A stretch of DNA of 64,000 nucleotides, taken from Nageia nagi. Lineage: Eukaryota; Plantae; Pinophyta. The stretch's first letter is position 1. The number at the start of each line of letters is the position of its first letter. A program made the position numbers and the translations under genes. Below, one piece after another: positions 12,761 through 27,400 of the stretch. Under the pieces are notes generated by a model. The model had not been told where the DNA came from and made no database searches. It worked only from the letters and a program-made list of their open reading frames with translations. Where the stretch lies: NCBI GenBank assembly GCA_050084985.1, contig JBITNC010000001.1, forward strand, positions 13,206,001 to 13,270,000, given 5' to 3'.

Positions 12761-15126
12761 AGGTGGTATCATTGCCTCATGGTAAAATTTGATGGTAAAC
12801 TTTGGGGTTCCTTGTCACCATGTCATTCTCCTACAAGAGATTCTACAAATATCAAAGCATCCTTCAAAGAAAAAACCATTAAAGTAATGAATATATCTCA
12901 CCAAAGGTGGTATGGTTAGGAAAGGCATCAATAAATGTAGATGTGTGTAGGAAACTAGTTGGAAATATGGTGGAAATGAGGTGGCAATAACATAAATGGC
13001 ATGCATAACCAAACCTTAGATACATGCACAAATCCCTTTTTAAAACATAAAAATTGAATTGAAACTAAGTTATTTAAAAATATATTAATATTTTGAGGGA
13101 ATTAAAATGCATATTTAGATCAAATAATCTTAATGATATTCTATGGATTGGTTAGCATCATATATCTGTTACCATCTTAATTGAAATGAAAGATTGAAAT
13201 AAAATCAAAGGTTATTTATTTTGATTTTATCTCACTTATATATTTGTCAATCTTTTTCAATAATAAAACTTATTAATTATTATGATCATAATAGTATTAA
13301 TTCAATTTCATTGTATTAGATAAATTATTGTTGTGATTTTAGTGATTATTAGTAAAATTATTGATATTTGATTTGCATGAACATAAAAAAATAATTTCTT
13401 TGTTTTAAGAAGGCTTGTCTTTTAAAAACTTAAAATATATTTTAAAATTATTCCATCATTACAAAATAAAAAAATATAGTTGAAGAACATGGACAAACTT
13501 TACACACTTCACCAAGATGTGATTTTGCTAAGAACATATTTGAACCCATGTTAAAGTAAAAAGTGTTTATCTTTATTTTTGTATAAGCTATAAAAAAAGT
13601 CATGAATATTTCTATAAAAAATAAATGAATATTTATTAAATTCATTTTTTCGTTAGAACATTTTTAAATATATGTTAAAGTTGAAAAATCTTTTTATTTT
13701 CTTTAATTTTGCATAAATTAAAAATTACAAAAAAATTATGAATATTTATGAATGTTAATTACATTTAAGCATTTAAAGTGTTATCTTTATGAAATAGTAT
13801 TTTTGTTTTAATTTATTATTATTATTTTGATAAGGTAAATTGATTTTTTTTTTTTATATATATATAAGGACCCAAAATCTATTTTCACATAGATATTTTC
13901 AACAATTGTCTATAGTAAAAAAAACATAGATAATTTGATTCAAATTGAAGTTATAATTAGATCTAATCTATCCATTCCTTTGTATTTTACTTGCATTATT
14001 CCTCCAAGAGTCTTATTCTAATTGAAGCTTCCACTAACTACTTTTCTATATTTTACATTCTTGATGATGGGGTTATAGCATCTGAAATCGTAGATTCTAT
14101 GATTATAGAAAATGTACTTCCTTTAGATTCAAATGATGGGACCAACATTTTAGTAGAGTTTGAACTGTGTTGGGGAATCCTTTTTGTCTTCCTTATCACA
14201 TGCTTCCTTCTAGACTTTTGCTTCTGCCTAAGCTTCTTAACAAGGGTGAGGGTGATGACCATAGCTTCAACTCCCAAGGCAGATGCTAATGTTGGGAGTA
14301 TGGCCATAGTAAGAGTTTAGGGTATTGAATTGACCATATCTTCATCTTGATCTAATTCCTTATTTACCATCTCAACATTAACTATAGAAATTTCTTGTTC
14401 AACTTTGATTCCTACTTCAACCATTTTGACCAAGTGCTTTCGGCTTCTTGGTTGGCTAAAGGAACCTATTGAAATGTAATACCAATTCCATACATATCCA
14501 TTTGGAATCCTTAGATCAAGTTTTTAGTTTCTTGTAACTTTTTGTACAATACTCTCTAGGTGTAATATTCTTTTAGGAATTATCATAAGAGAATATGATG
14601 ATATGTAACTATCATTTTATGCTTGTAAAAGTAGGTGAATCTTATGTTTAGGGTAAGTAAGTTGTAATATGACCTTTCTCATACATTATCTATGAATTTC
14701 AAGTTGAATGTAATAGAGAAAAGTGGTTTTCCAAACTATTATCTTCAATTTTATTGTGTAGTCCTATTCTCAAAAAAAAATTAAGAGGTTATAAATTTAA
14801 TTTTATAGAATTTTTTTGTACCATTTGAAAGACTTTTATAAAACCATTCTAATGATATACTACTTGCATATTTTTTATTACTATAGGTCCTTCATTTCAT
14901 CTATATAAAATGTTGCTTACAGTTATGGTTATCTATTAGATTTACGTTGTTTTGTGTAGGTAGTGACCCAATTACAACGTGACTATGATTATAGAGGATG
15001 TTATTTTAGTTGTGAAAAGATGTGTAAATTTTATCAAAAATCATATTTATCCTTTTAATTTATTTTTCTCATTTGGTATATAAAAAAGGTTTGGTTAGAG
15101 GGTTTGAGCCAACCTATGAGGTCCTT

Positions 15127-15874
15127 TGATTCAAAAATGGGTAATTTTTGAATTTTAATTTCAGGAGTGGATATTATCACCTTTGATTTCCATGCTCAAA
15201 ATTAAATATTTTTGCAAGTTTTGGTACCTATGCAAAAAGAGGAATACCAATAGTCCATTCTTGTCACATCTAGATTACTAACGGTCCATTCCATGTAGCC
15301 ATTTTCTTGAAATTTGAACTTACAAGAGTAGTTTTGGGAGATGAAATAATTTCTTCTTCCATTTATTCCTAAAGATGCTTCATTTTGAGATTGTTGAAGG
15401 TGTTTTGACAATTCTATGTTATTATTGAAGCATGTATTTGGCAAATCAAAGATTTAGATCTGATTCAAGGAGACTCAAGAAGGATTGTAGGTTGTAGAAG
15501 GATTGATTTACTATTTGTAACAATGCATTCCATATTTATATTGATTTGTAATCACCATTTGATCCAATACATTCCATATTTATATTAAAATAGATGTACT
15601 TCCACATTGGAAGGAACCAATATAAATTTAATTATGTTATCTTATGTGATTATCATTTTTTATGTTATTAGTTATTTCCTCTCATTTTTTTTTGCAATTA
15701 CACATTAAATTTCATCAATGAACTCTGTCAAAAGAGGCTCATCAATGACTTATTTCTAGCAATTTTAGAACCTTAGTGATCCATTTATGAGAAAATTGGG
15801 TTCCAAAATTTAAATTGGAAATTCTATATGTGATGAAATTTAGAATAACATAGCTTACAAAGTTTTATAGATCA
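15127..15874 (+). repeat. CRM-1 5' LTR (748 bp)
   Basis: Colinear with 34760-34875 plus 35593-36226. Confidence 0.9.
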
Positions 15875-15876
15875 AG

Positions 15877-15886
15877 TGGTATCAGA
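15877..15886 (+). promoter_or_regulatory. Primer-binding site, tRNA-iMet type
   Basis: TGGTATCAGA 2 nt after the LTR end (canonical TGGTATCAGAGC). Confidence 0.88.
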
Positions 15887-16199
15887 TCTTATTTGATAGT
15901 TTGAATTGGGAATGCAAGGAAGAAGATCTCAAAGAGATGAGTTGATTCCTTCTAACCATGAGATTAGAAGAAGGTATAGAAGAATAAATTTTATGGAAGA
16001 GTAGGAAGGAAAATGAAAAAAGCATCTTGAAATAGATTCTAATTTAAGTTCTAAGTTTGAGAAGATATTTCTTACAATGGAGAGAAATATGAATAGGACC
16101 ACGGAATTGATTCAAGGAAGAAAAACCAAGGAGGACCCAAGGAAATATGAGTTTGATAGATTACCAAATTATAATGTTAGGGATTCTCATGACATTACA

Positions 16200-19100
16200 T
16201 CATTGATATTCAAAGTATCTAGACCAAAGTTTAAATCCCTACTTTGGAGGTAGATGTCAATAAGTTTAATAATTAGTTGAAATATCTTGAGGTATACTTT
16301 TTAGGTTTAATGTGTTGATCATGATATTCAAAAAATTTCATCTGTAAGATTGAAAATGGGATCTCATGCATTTATTTTGTGGGAGATTCATGTATAATTC
16401 ATCAAGCATGAAAACTAACCATCCATCTCTTCTTAGGATGAATTCAAGAATCTATTGAGAGATCAATTTTAGCCATTGGTTCATTATAATAAGAAACTCA
16501 TGAAATGATAATTTCTTCACCAATAAAGAGAGAAATTGATTCAAGAATACACCACAAAATTTAGAAGGCAACCAAAGTTTCTTGGGATTTCTATTAAGCA
16601 TCCTCAAATATTATTGATGAAGTACATTGTAGGTTTGCATAGTCATTTACAAAAACTTATTGTGTTATTTAGTCCTAATAACTTTGACCAAGTTTGTATG
16701 CAAGCTCAATATTTGAAATATGGGAAGCAAAAGAAACACTATGAGAACTCCAAAATGAACTCAAACAATAAGGGACACCAAGAAGGAGGAAAATCTCGAA
16801 ACAAAGAAAAAGACAAAGGTGAACAACAAGAGAAGAAAACTACCAATACTAATAAGAATGAGAGTGATGGTAGGCATTATTCTCATTATGATAATGATGG
16901 ATATTTTGGTGACAAATGTTGTAAATTTCATCACTAATTGTATCCCTACAAGAAGAAAGATAAGAAGAATCCATAAAAGAAGAATGCAATGGTTATCAAG
17001 AATGAATATGTTGATGAAAGTTCAGATTGTAGTAAACTTAATTGTGCATCAATTCAAATAGTTGAAAATGAGAAAGAGATTAAGGAGAAAAGAATTCAAC
17101 TATTCCATGTCAAGATTTGAATTGGTAAGTTGAAATTTGATTCTATTTATGATTATGGTTCTCAAGTTAATTTTATTTCTAAAATTTTAGTAAGATAATT
17201 GGGGCTGAATACATACAACCATCCACATCCATATCCTCTTGGATGGGTGCACCAAGATGCCAAGATTCAAGTCACAAAATAATGTAAGTTGCAATTTAGC
17301 ATAAGAACCAATTTTTATGATGAAATTATAGCTGATGTTGTTCCTTTAGATATATATGTTGTGTTTAGAAATCCATATTTATGGGATAAAGATGCTCTCT
17401 ATTATAGGAGAAAACATTAGTATAGGTTTATCAAGGAAGAAAAGTCCTACACTATTCATGTCCATAAAAATAAAACATAAATTCCTTTGATGATTACAAG
17501 CTAGGTAAAGAGACTCATTAATGCCAACAAAAAGTTCACATTTCTCATGGTAAAAGTTACAAGAAATAACTCTATCATAATAGGACCTCCAACGGTCCTC
17601 TACATAGAAAATAGACTACCAATGGTATTCTTTAAAACATCAAGACCTCCATAAATCTATTTTTAGGAGAATCAGATATAGGGGTTGTTGCAAGATTTTT
17701 AGGAAGTGTTTGTAGAATCATTAGAGCTACCACCTAAATGAGATATTCAACATGAGATACAATTATTGCCTAATTACCCCTTACAAATATAGCATTATAT
17801 TGATAATCAATTTTAGAGAAAGAGGAAATAAAAATTAGATTTAGGAGCTAGTTAATCAGGGTGTGATCAGACCTAATAAATCTCCACATGGGTCACCTAT
17901 TTACCTAGTACTAAAAAAGGATGGTACATTCATGGAGGATGTGCATTGAGTATAGGTATTTGAATAATATCACCATTAAGAATCACTATCCATTGCCTTG
18001 GATATATGATCTCATGGATCAATTATAAGGGGCAAAATTATTTACCGAACTGGAATGCAGAAGTGGTTGTCATCAAGTTAGGATCAAGGAGGAATACATT
18101 TGAAAAACAACCTTCAAAAAAAGATAAGACCTATTTGAGTGTCTTATTTTTCCTTATGGTTTGTGTAATGCACCAATCACATTTTTGGGGGTAATGAATG
18201 AAGTCCCTAGACCTTTCATTGATTATTTTATTTTTTTATACTTGGATGATATGCTTGTGTATATTTTTACTTGGGAGGACCAATTAATACATCTTAGAAA
18301 AGTGCTTCAAACCTTACACGATGCAAAATTATATTTGAAAAGAAGTAAATTTAAGTTTAGTAAGAAATATTTTGTGTATTTATGCTACATTATTGGTGTT
18401 GGAAAACTCAAGATAGATCCAAAAAAAATAAGATCCATTATTGATTTTCCAAGGCCAAGAAATGTGATGGAAATAAGTTCTCTTGGGGTTGTCCAATATT
18501 TGATAAAATTCATTATTGATTTTTCTATTATTGCTTCACCTTGGCATGACATTATGGGTAAGAGATAGATGTTTTCATGGGAAAAAAGAAACAAGATTCT
18601 TTTGATTTTATGAAGTATAAAATCATTAATGCAACTATTGTAGCACTCCTTAATTTATAATAGGATTTTGAGATTGAGATTGATGATAGTAAGTATGCTA
18701 TGGGAGCGATTTTAATGCAAGGGAGGAAACCAATTTGTTACCATTTAGAAAATTTTAGTGCAATAGTATTGAATTAACCTACTTATGATAAGGAGTTATA
18801 TGCTCTAGTACAAGCAGTGAATAAGTGGAAGCATTATATGATGGGAAAGGAGACTATTATCCATACTGATAATCAACCATTGCAATATTTAAAAACCTAA
18901 TTGAGTTACAACAAATAAGGCAATACAAGTGGATGGGATTTTTGCAATAGTTCCATTGGTATTGAAATACAAGAAGGGAAGTACAAATAAAATTATTGAT
19001 ATGCTTTCCATACCTCCTACTAGATAAAAATAGATTGCCAACAATCTAGATACTATAGAAAATGGACCACCAATGGTCATCCAACAAGTTAATTTTGCTT

Positions 19101-19880
19101 TTATATCTCTGATGCAATTTTATTCTTTATTCTAGGAGTCCTTTTAGGAGGCTTATTTGCATGATTCAAAATTTGGAGAGGTGTATCATAAATTAAAATA
19201 ATCATCTATGCCCAATTGTGATGATCTAGATGATTATCATATTATTGATGAACTTATATACAAGTTGGATTTATTATGTGTTTCTAAGAATAAAAGAATT
19301 CAATTGATTAGAGAAGTGTATACTTAAAAAATCATTGATCATTTTTGAATTATGAAGATAGTTGCAAATTTACAAATATATTTTTACTGGCCCATAATGC
19401 AAGACCAAGTTATAAAATACATACGAGGAAGGTGTCTCTATGGATTTTGTAGGTGGGTTGCGTATGAATAAGAGGGATCATGACTATTTATTTATTACGA
19501 TGGATTAGGTTAGCAATATGTATCTTGATTCCATGCAAGGATATCATAATGGGATAAGAAGATGTATATCTTTCATTTAGTCATATATGAGTTCATTTTG
19601 GTTTTCCTAATTCAATTATTTTTGATAGGGACTCAATATTTTTAGGAAAATTTTGGACTTATTTGTGGGATAGTATGGATACAAAGTTAAAGAGGAGTAC
19701 CACTTTTCATCCTCAAATAGATGGTCAAACCGAAGTGGTAAATAGAACCATTGTTCAAATTTTGAAGGGATATTGTGGTAAGAATTAGAAGACTTGGTAT
19801 GAGAATCTTGTTTACATCTAACATGCATACAATAGGGAAATTCATACTTATACAAGTAAATATCTATTTGAGACATGTTT
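16200..19880 (+). pseudogene. pol: CRM-1 gag-pol, 5' part (resumes at 34084-34720)
   Basis: [60 protein letters not shown]. The integrase reading FETC|FGYLPPS is rejoined across Copia-2. Confidence 0.9.
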
Positions 19881-21734
19881 TGGTTAGAGTATTAAGTTCA
19901 CTAAGGAGTATTTTATTATTTTCCTATGTCTTATTATTTCTAGCTAGTCTGTTGTGGTGATAACCATATCTTTTTCACTTTGTGGATTTTTCCATTCATG
20001 CATGTTTAGCATGATTTTGTACACTAGCTTGTATTTTTCCCTATTTATGTGGACTCCATTGTCATTTCATTTTGATCAATTTTGAGCATTCCAGCTTCTC
20101 TCTTTATTTTGTTGGTAGTATTGCATTTTCCTTTTTGGGTTTGATTTTCTTTCCTTGCAAATCTTCACATGCTACGAGAATAAGTTGGATTTTTAAAGAC
20201 ATCCAAAACTTCCTTGAAATTTTCTCAAATATGATTCTCTTGTTGGCTTGTGGTATCTCCACTTGGTTGCATTTTTTCCCCAACCTCAAAGTCTCAATTT
20301 ACATTTTCTCACATCACCCTTATGTTCACCTTCAATCTTGATATATATGATATGTCTCTCATCATTCTCCCTCAAACATGGGAGAATCTACATGAGGCTT
20401 AACATGGATTTGTTTTCTTTGTGGTATCTCTCTCCTCGGCTAGTGTTATCTCTATGGATCTATCATGAATTAATCAAATAATCCTCTCCATTGCATGGAG
20501 ATTTGCTATGCTAGACATGTGTGCCTTTTATGGTTCTATCCAACACCCTCATGACCCCTCTCCACAACTTGTGTGTGTTTTACATTTTCATGTAGTGATC
20601 TTCTCTCATGGTTACAGGTTTTTTGAGTGTCACCCTTTCATATAACATCCTACATGCACTTTTTTGGTAGCTCTTTCATGGATGCATTCCTATTTGATTA
20701 CTTTTCCTAGCTATTTATATATTATGTACCTCCATACTATGAGGAACTCTATTGTTACCTACTTCATTTGATATATAGTGGTAGTTTCAATTCCTATCTT
20801 TGGCATTTAGACATGTTTATTTAGAGCTCATTTCAAGAGACCTATGCAAGCTAGTGTTACAAGGTGATTCTAGACTAAATGATAATAGGGTGCTTAGAGT
20901 CAAAGTAAACTAACCCTTTTGTAGCCCACTTCTATGTCATCTTAATGCATTGTATTTTTTGCTTATGAAAGACTTGTTCGCTTTCATGTATCATATTTTT
21001 GCTTGACTTAAATGTGACCTTGGCTCCCTTTGAGAACACCACAAGCCCCCTTGACTTCCAAGCATGACCCTCAAGACCTCAGATGTTCCACCTTGCAACC
21101 ATTGTACAAGCTCAACTCTTTCCCCTTTGCAATCTACAGGTTTAATTTTTTTTGGAAAGACCTATAGTTTTTTGAAAAATAAAAAAATTAATTATTTATT
21201 TAATTTTTTGAAAATTAGATAAATATTCTAATTTTTTAATAGTCTAAGGGTAATTAAATTAATTTTTGGAGGTATTGCATTTAATTCAATAACTTGGGAA
21301 AATAGATTCAGATTGGAGTGTCATCTTTTGCATTGGAAAGGTGGAGATGTGATCTTTTCCCCCATTTGCATTGTAAGCCTTGACAATATTTTTTTGGGGA
21401 TATTTTGAAAGTGAATACAATTTGGGTGGGGTCTTCTTGGTGTTGGTGTAGATTTTTGTACCTCCTTTATTGCTTGATTTCTTGGATTGCTTGGTGTTTT
21501 GAGATGGATCATTAACAATTTGAAATTGAACCTCTCAAACCTAATAATTACCACACTTGGAAACCATGATGATATTCTTATACAAAGAGGAATAAACACA
21601 CTTATTAAGGAGAAAAAATTCACATTAAAATTAGACTATGAAAATTGGTCATTCACAAAGGCAATTGGTGAAGCATTTGGGCTAATAAAATTAAATGTTA
21701 GTGAGAGCTTGTGGTTTCATATTGACAATGTAAT

Positions 21735-22469
21735 TATATATACCTAAAAATGATTTATTATTTATTTAATAAATCATATTTGTATTTCTAAAATGATTAA
21801 TTACAATAATACATATATAAAGATAAAGTTGATATTACAATGCAATACCATGTGCTAGGACCAATACAATATCATTTATCATGGTTCATATTTTAATTTA
21901 TCTTGAATGCAACAAAGATTATTATTATTATTGGGAGTTGACCTCATTCCTCTCTATTTCCTTTGTAGGCTTATATAAATACAGGTGGAATAGGTTGATT
22001 TTCATAGATCAGAAACTCTTTGATATGATAAGAACTCTGATAGGTGGTTATCAACTGTAACGATGTCTTTGGATGCCACCTACAATGAGAATTTGTTATA
22101 CTTTGATCTCTATACTTTCTATCTTTGGTGCACATCATAATTTGATAAATTCCATGCAGTCAACAATGTTCCACTCCTACGTCGATAGCGGCATGCTCCT
22201 TTTAGATCAAGAGTTCCAAATTTTGGTGGTCAAATCATTGCTTCATACTTGCGAAGATGTGTCATGAGCTTGTATCGAATCCAATCCCAATCCTTTGAAG
22301 ATTCATTTCTACTTTTGCTTGAGAATTGCACATACACTTCATATAAGGTTCATGCATTTCATGTATATCTATTGTAATTTGATATAGTGTATTTAGTTTA
22401 TTTAGTTGTATATTGTAGATCATTTATTTAATTATGTTTATTCATATTATTCAAAATTTAAGGTCTACA
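21735..22469 (+). repeat. 5' LTR of the gag-PMD element
   Basis: Colinear with 29227-29958; ends GGTCTACA. Confidence 0.92.
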
Positions 22470-22472
22470 TAT

Positions 22473-22487
22473 TGGTGAACCCAACAT
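22473..22487 (+). promoter_or_regulatory. Primer-binding site, tRNA-Trp type
   Basis: TGGTGAACCCAACAT versus TGGTGAACCCGACGT expected from the plant tRNA-Trp 3' end (recalled). Both mismatches are CpG>CpA. Confidence 0.7.
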
Positions 22488-22533
22488 TCCTACACACCTA
22501 GATTTTGATATAGGATATTCCTTCTATAGAATC

Positions 22534-24750
22534 ATGAATCCATTTTCATTGTTATCTCTTCCCTTACTCGAGGTGCTTAGAGTAATAACTAGGGAAAATG
22601 ATAAGACTAGGGTTTGTTCTACCTATGTTGCAAAAATGAATATAAATGAAGAACAACCTAAGATTTCTAAGAGTAAGGTTAATTTTAAAGATATTAGGAG
22701 AAGTTTTAGGGTTAATCTTGATTTACCTCTACAAGAGCCTAATCCTAATGATCAAATGGATACTAATGAAGATAATGATACTAAATCTACAAGTTCTACT
22801 AAAAAGATGGATATTATTGGAAAAAATCCTAATAAGCTTAATGTGCTTATAGATGATTATGATTTTGAAAATATAAGATTGGGAAGCCATGAAGATTCTT
22901 CTTATAGTGATGCTCAAATTGAAAAATTAGATAGAATTTCTAACCATGTTTGATCCATAAAGGAATTATTATCTAATAAAGAAAAGTGAGAATATTATCT
23001 TACTAATAATGCTGAAACTGTTATTGATATTCTAACCAATTATGAAATATCATAAGTGAATACTGCACCCTTGCAATCCTCAAATAGTTTTATCTCTTAT
23101 GAAAATGCAGGTTCTTCAAAATGGAGGATCTCTACTATTAATCAAGATGTTGCCAATTATGTGCAAACCTGTACACACACCACTAGCAAGGTAGAAGAGG
23201 ATGTTACAAGTCCCCTAAATGAGGTGATCATCAAGGATGATAAGGAATATATGATGATTTTGAACACCTAATTCTTAATCCTGCACATCACAATAAAGGT
23301 ATGAATCTTGAGAACGGTAAGGGCATTTTAATTAATGAAGAAGTTGTAATAGATATTAAAAAATAAATTAATACTATAATTGATAGTGCCTATACACATC
23401 ACCCTAACTGGTCATAAGAACAACACAATATCAAGCTTGAGGCTCTTCTTGATTCTTAAGAAACTAATTTCTTTGAACAAGCTATCATTGAACAAAAATT
23501 ACAATTATTTTCAAAATTGGTTGATAGGCTTGAACATGAACATGTAAATAGAATATTACCATTTGTCCCCCTTAAACAAAAAGAACTTCAAGATGCAAAT
23601 AAATATTCTACTCAAATGAGGAATGTGCCACCACAAACCTTTCCACCACCATCAAAGGATAATACACCTATAGTTCAAATTCTGTAGCCACAACAAGCAC
23701 TTGTAGTATCAAACAATGAAAAGAAAATGGATGAAAAGCATTAAAAAGTTAGAAGGAGAGTTGCTTGATGATGAAGATGATTTCTTATTTTGTTTAAAAC
23801 ATCCTTTGACTGATAGAATTATTTCTAAAATGCTTGTTGGTAAAAAGAGTGTAAAATTTACGAAGTTTGATGGTTGGCAAGATCCCAAAATGCATGTTAG
23901 AAAATTTTAGGAAGAAGCTAGGAATATATTAATAATCAAGATATGCTTCCAAAATTATTTTCAAGTAAACTGAAAAATGATGCATTAAAATTGTATTTTA
24001 CCCTTCCTAAAATGAGCATTAATACATATGAAGATTTGATACATCAATTTTTAAGGCATTTTAGATATAATATTGCTAAAAAAGTTCAATTCAAATATCT
24101 ATACAAATTTAAGTAATTACCTAACCAATCCTTGTCTAATTTTGTGAAAATATGGAAACTAATTGCAAATAAGATTACTATACTTGAGCAAGATTTAAAG
24201 GACACTTTTGCACATGCTTTATTACCTATGTATAAATTAATGGTTATCTCTAATTGTGATTTGACATTAGCTATGATGATAGATATCTTATTTAAAAAAG
24301 AAGATTGTATAAAGAAACTTCATCACATATGCTCTAAAAAATCTCAAGGGTATGAAAAAAATGCTAAACCTTAGGTATATGAAAAGAAACCAGAAGTTAC
24401 AACCACTAATGCTGATAAAAGAAATAATCAACCACAAAGAAAATTTACAAGGTTAACTGATACTACTAATAATATTCTCAATGTGTTGTTAAATGAAGAA
24501 CTTATTGAGCTTCCACTAATGGCTCAAAATCACTTTTCTAATGGTGTTATTTAAAATTATAGGTATGGAGAATTTTATAATTATCATAGGACACCAAGAA
24601 ACCTAACAAGAAATTGGAAAGTTTTAAGAAACATCATTCAAGACTTCATTGATAAGAAAGCAATTCGAATGGATGATCATGCTACTACAAGTGAGGGGCA
24701 TATACACCTTGATAATGGATAGTTGGAGATATTTATGAAGCCATTATAAA
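22534..24750 (+). pseudogene. gag: Tat/Ogre-type gag with long N-terminal extension, frameshifted
   Basis: KFTKFDGWQDPKMHVRKF, KLFSSKLKNDALKLYFTLP..SINTYEDLIHQFLRHF, and the decayed knuckle FYNYHRTPRNLTRNWKVLRNIIQDFIDKKAI. Confidence 0.85.
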
Positions 24751-25764
24751 ATACAACTCAACAACTAAGGAGATTCATCGATTCGATAAGTACTTCAAAT
24801 TGCATGAATTATTATTTGTCTAATAAGAATGAATGTAGTGGATGTTCGAAGCAAAAAAATAAGGATTATAGTAACAAAAGCTCAAAATGTGGTGAAAAAG
24901 TAAATGAAATGGATGTCACTAATGGCATGCATACTTGTTCATGCACTACCAATAGTGTGAAATACATAAAAAGGAAGGCACCTCTCTTTGTACTTGCATC
25001 TGTAAACTATGTATGGGTTAAAAAACCTCCCTATGTATGCAAAGTTATCACTTAAACTATAAAAAAGTCAAATGGTACTGTATGATAGACAAGTTATTTC
25101 TTTTTTTGGGTAAAGGTGTATGGTTCATTGTTGTGTGTCAAGTCATTATTTTACTAGTCTTTTGGGAGAATTTAGAAAAATTGTTCTATAAATTTTTCTT
25201 TTGTAATGATGAAAAATCATGCCACTGATGGTGTACCACCTAATATCATGTCATTAACAATGTGCATTTCCTAGAACAAAATTAAAAAGAATAGTATTTT
25301 CCTTGTCCTTAATACATGATCATCTGTTTAAAAATGTCAAAATCTAGTTTTACTATTGTTACTATTGTTCATTTAAAAAATATTAGACTTGTTTATTGTT
25401 GTCTAACTTTGGTACTAAGGAACCTTCATTTCATTTTTGAGATTGATTCTTGTGTTATTGATCAAAATTTCATATATTGGATCATGCTATATGTGTGCAT
25501 TAGGAATGTTATGTGCCTGCATTAATTTTATAGATTGCATTATTACATGATGTTGTTAAGTGAATGATTTGTGCTTACAATTTTAAAATTTATACTTTGC
25601 AATTCACATATCATATTATAACATGTGCAACTATATAAGAAAACATAAACCATTCACATATTACACATTTCACATAAATTAGAGCTAAAAAAAGAATAAT
25701 ATATATATATTATATAACAAAAAAATATACAAGATAGGAGTAGATCCATGCCCATGGTACAAAA

Positions 25765-27400
25765 TTAGTGGTGTGCACTACCAATACTACTACTAACCTC
25801 GTTAGTCCTAGGCCTAGTCCTCCTACTCCCACTATTGGGACCTGAAGAAGAAACCCCACCCAAAACCTCATTGGTGCTAATCTTGTGTGTGGTTATAAGG
25901 GCCTTGGCCTAGCCATACTCCTCCCTCAAAATAAGCATATCATTATACTTCTTCTTGATATGATCCATCAGGATCTAGATGAATTCCCACTGCTCATTAG
26001 GTGGGGGCATGTTAACCCACTCTTGTAATCTATTTAGGGATTACTCTAGCATGTTGTTTGGGCATCCTTAGCTTCCATGGTAGCCTATATGATGGCTACC
26101 TCAATTTTAGAAGGCTTAAGCCTCTTAATCTCCACCTCTAGGGATGCTACTTGTGTATCTCTCTCTCCTACAAACATGTTCAAAAGTCAATCCCTTGGTC
26201 ATATAAAAACTTGCACATGTTTGTATATGACTCTTAAATAGTTACTTGAGGCCACTAGTGGTACAACCTCCACCAATACAGCTAATCTTGGGTTGCAAGT
26301 GCTCCTTGCATGGAATATTATGCATAGGGTTGTCAACTTGGTGAGGGTCCTTATCCCATACATAGTCTGCATATGACACTCAAACTAAATTCATAGCCTA
26401 TAGACTATCTATATCCCACCTTTGTACCTCTAAAGTCTATGGATACCAATATCCATGTCCCCTTGACACCCAACAAGTTAATGCAATGTCCCCTAGGTCA
26501 TATCTAGCACTCTATAAACCTAAGAGCTAGATGATTGATATATTCTCGTAGGCCCACACTTGAAGAAGGCCTATATGTGCAATCGAGATGTTGAATTTAT
26601 CAACACTCATGAAGTTAAACAAATCCCTATATAATTGGGCTAACACTAGTGACACCCATGCAAACTGAGTCCCTTGTACACAAATCTCCTATACAAACTA
26701 GACTAGGCCAAGAGTAAATGAAGAGTTGCTCTTGTCCTAGAATAAGTAGATCGTAATAATTTAGATGATGTGTAACCTTAAATGGCATATGGGTGATGTA
26801 AAATGGTATGCCTATGCAATATGGGCATCTTAGTGCTCCTAGTCATGGTCCTCCTCCCCCATAATCCATAGGGTGAGTTGCTCTTGCATGTTGTTGTCTA
26901 CAATCTTTGCTTGATGCACAAGCTAACCCTATATGGGTATGCCCTAGATCCTTTACACATCTAATAGTGTGATACTCATTTTACATGGGGGAAGGTGAAA
27001 TGAGTTGCATTATGGATCCCACCTCTCATCCAGGGTGTTAAGAAGGGGAAATTCCTACTAGATGTGCCTAACTATCACCAGGTCCACCAATCCTAAACAC
27101 ATGAGAATGTCATCCTCATGGTTCACTTCTCCAAAGTCACAATGGAAATGGGTCCTTCCCTAATGAGAACCTTGCAATCCTATAAGAATTTAACATAAGG
27201 AATCAATAATTATGAAAATAAAAATCAAGATAAAGTGCAAATAAAGTAAAATAATTAAAACTCTTAATAAATTTGATACAAAAAGGTAATGAATGGAAAC
27301 TTACAACATGCTCAAAAGGTAGACTTTGAATATACTCCACCACATGACCTATTAGACCAATCAAAGGCCTCCCTACACCATGCCAACCATCATCTACCAT
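25765..27400 (-). pseudogene. Antisense Plant Mobile Domain (PMD, aminotransferase-like PF10536; MAIN/MAIL-like) gene; exons 27400-27305 and 27179-25765
   Basis: Minus strand in one frame: PLLNTLDERWDP*CNSFHLPPCKMSITLLDV*RI*GIPI*G, YLF*DKS, FAWVSLVLAQLYRDL, LLQVWAYEN. Intron GTAAGT...TTATAG. Confidence 0.9.

Noticed and set aside
13991-14450. Opposing ORFs 13991-14320 and 14053-14307 as a gene
   Set aside because: Coding-like composition on minus suggests a TE (perhaps LINE ORF1) remnant, but there is no diagnostic motif, so it was left uncalled.
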